This document shows, one piece after another, positions 62,445 to 64,000 of a stretch of 64,000 nt of DNA; the first letter of the stretch is position 1; each line of letters starts with the position of its first letter. The notes under the pieces are model-generated. The model saw only the letters and a program-made list of their open reading frames with translations, had not been told where the DNA came from and searched no databases. Origin of the DNA: Eutreptiella sp. 'Long Island Sound 2002' (Eukaryota > Protista > Euglenida); assembly GCA_964036045.1 (NCBI GenBank), contig OZ038378.1, positions 62,000,001-62,064,000 of the forward strand. Reading direction: 5' to 3'. The translations under genes and the position numbers were made by a program.

Positions 62445-63268
62445 TAGTAACCTAGTAAAAAACATTTTCTTTTTTACTAGAAAGAAAAAGTTTTTTTAAC
62501 TAGGTTCCCAATACCTAGTAAAATCTAGTGAAACTAATAAACTATTACCAAGTAAAAAAAAACCTAACTCAAGGGGCCACGCAACAAAGCGAATGGGCTA
62601 CCTCACCCCTGCCTTCTCAGGGGCTCACACGTGGTCAAAAATGCTATATAGTGGTAGTGTGAGGTACGCTAAGCAAATCATTCCCCCCAAAAGGGGGGGG
62701 GGGGTTTCGGTTATGAGAAAACCCTACTTTTGCCTAAAATTTTGGCGAACGAAAAAAAGGGGGGGGTTATGTAAAACCCCCCGATGCTGTCGTTCTCCGC
62801 AGAAACGCCCCAGCCCCCCCCCCGGCCGCGTCCTTGTGCCACGCCTCCATGCTGAAGGTGGGGCACTGGGGCTTGGTGGAGGCGAAGCGCGAGCCGGTTG
62901 GGGGGTGGGCATCAAGCGGATGGATGGCCATGTAGTGGCTGTGGATGCGGGCGTGGTCGCTGGTCATGCACCTAGGGAGCGACTCAACAAGCGACCCATA
63001 GTCCCTTGGGGTGGGCCGCAAGTGGAAGAGGTGATGGTTGGGTTGCGGCGCACCGTCTCCGCGATGAGGTCCGACACCACACAAGGGTCCCCTACGCGGA
63101 TGACGGACTTGATGATGCGCACCCGGCGGAGGTGATATATAGAGGCGAATGGTGGCACCGGCTGGCCAAGTCACGGCGGTAGGCCTGTCACATCATTAAT
63201 CCAACTCAGTTCAGTGTAATGCTATGTACACATTGCTGGTAGCTAACATACAACATGGGTCAGGCGAC

Positions 63269-63360
63269 ATCATCACTCACCAATAGCGAGCACCGACATG
63301 CCTCGTGTCCCCTTATCATCACTCACCAATAGCGAGCACTGACATGCCTCACATCCCCTT
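63269..63360 (+). repeat. 46-bp direct duplication
   Basis: ATCATCACTCACCAATAGCGAGCAC.GACATGCCTC...TCCCCTT x2. Confidence 0.95.
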
Positions 63361-64000
63361 AGCGTTCTGTGCTGGTTTAGCGACACACCTGCATGCATTT
63401 TGGTAACCGCCCACACGGTGGTAGGGATGGCGCCGGCGGTATCATGGAAGGCCTGGCCATCGGGAAGGGAGCATGAGGAACAATTGGACATGGTGACAAA
63501 AGGGACACGTTACATGCACAAGAAGGCTGATAGGAAGGGGAGTTTTGGGGCAAGCAAGGAGGAAGTTCCGGGGGAGGACGGGGTGCACGAGGGGTCTAAG
63601 AAGGAGGGTTCCTACTGAGAAGGGGTCTAGAAAAGGTCCAAGAAGTGTCTAGGAAGGGGTTACTGCGGGGGGGCCCGCCCAAAGAAAGCCGATTCCCTTG
63701 CCCCCGACCGGGGCCCCTGATACCTCCTAAACACTGATTTTGAAACCATAAACACCCCTTATAAATGGGGTCCCCTACTTTACCTATATAATAGCACCTC
63801 ATTTTGGCGGGGGCTCCTAGCCCACCCTTTCTTGGCACATGGGTCAGCCAAACAACCGTGATAAAGGTTTGTGATGGTGTGTCGAGTAGGATGCAAAAAC
63901 TTCTTTTTTTGCGTTTTTGGAATTTTTTTGTGTTATTTCAGCACGAAGTGGTGCCAAAAGCTCTTGTTGGGGTTTTTGAAAAGAAGGGGGGCGGGGGTTC

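Overview
Repeat-dense eukaryotic genomic DNA (about 50% GC, many G/C homopolymers, GT-AG introns). It may be a protist; the repeat style recalls euglenids, but that is only an impression. I found no complete intact gene. The main content is degraded mobile elements. (1) At least three RAG1/Transib-like DDE transposase remnants: 10.4-12.3 kb (+), and a tandem pair at 30.7-33.6 kb (-). Two of them appear to share an intron position, and those introns hold element-specific short-motif clusters that recur at the element flanks. (2) Possible cargo pseudogenes: a PhyH-like 2OG-Fe(II) oxygenase, a ParB/Srx-like domain and PHD-like remnants. (3) Non-LTR retrotransposon remnants. (4) A 400-bp hAT-type MITE with an 8-bp TSD. 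(5) A 5 x ~2.27-kb tandem array inside a foldback-like element and a 3 x ~1.03-kb array. (6) One probable host exon encoding an RS-rich segment. (7) In the first 2.3 kb, six paired motifs with box C/D (K-turn) geometry. Protein family calls come from manual translation and remembered motifs, not database searches.
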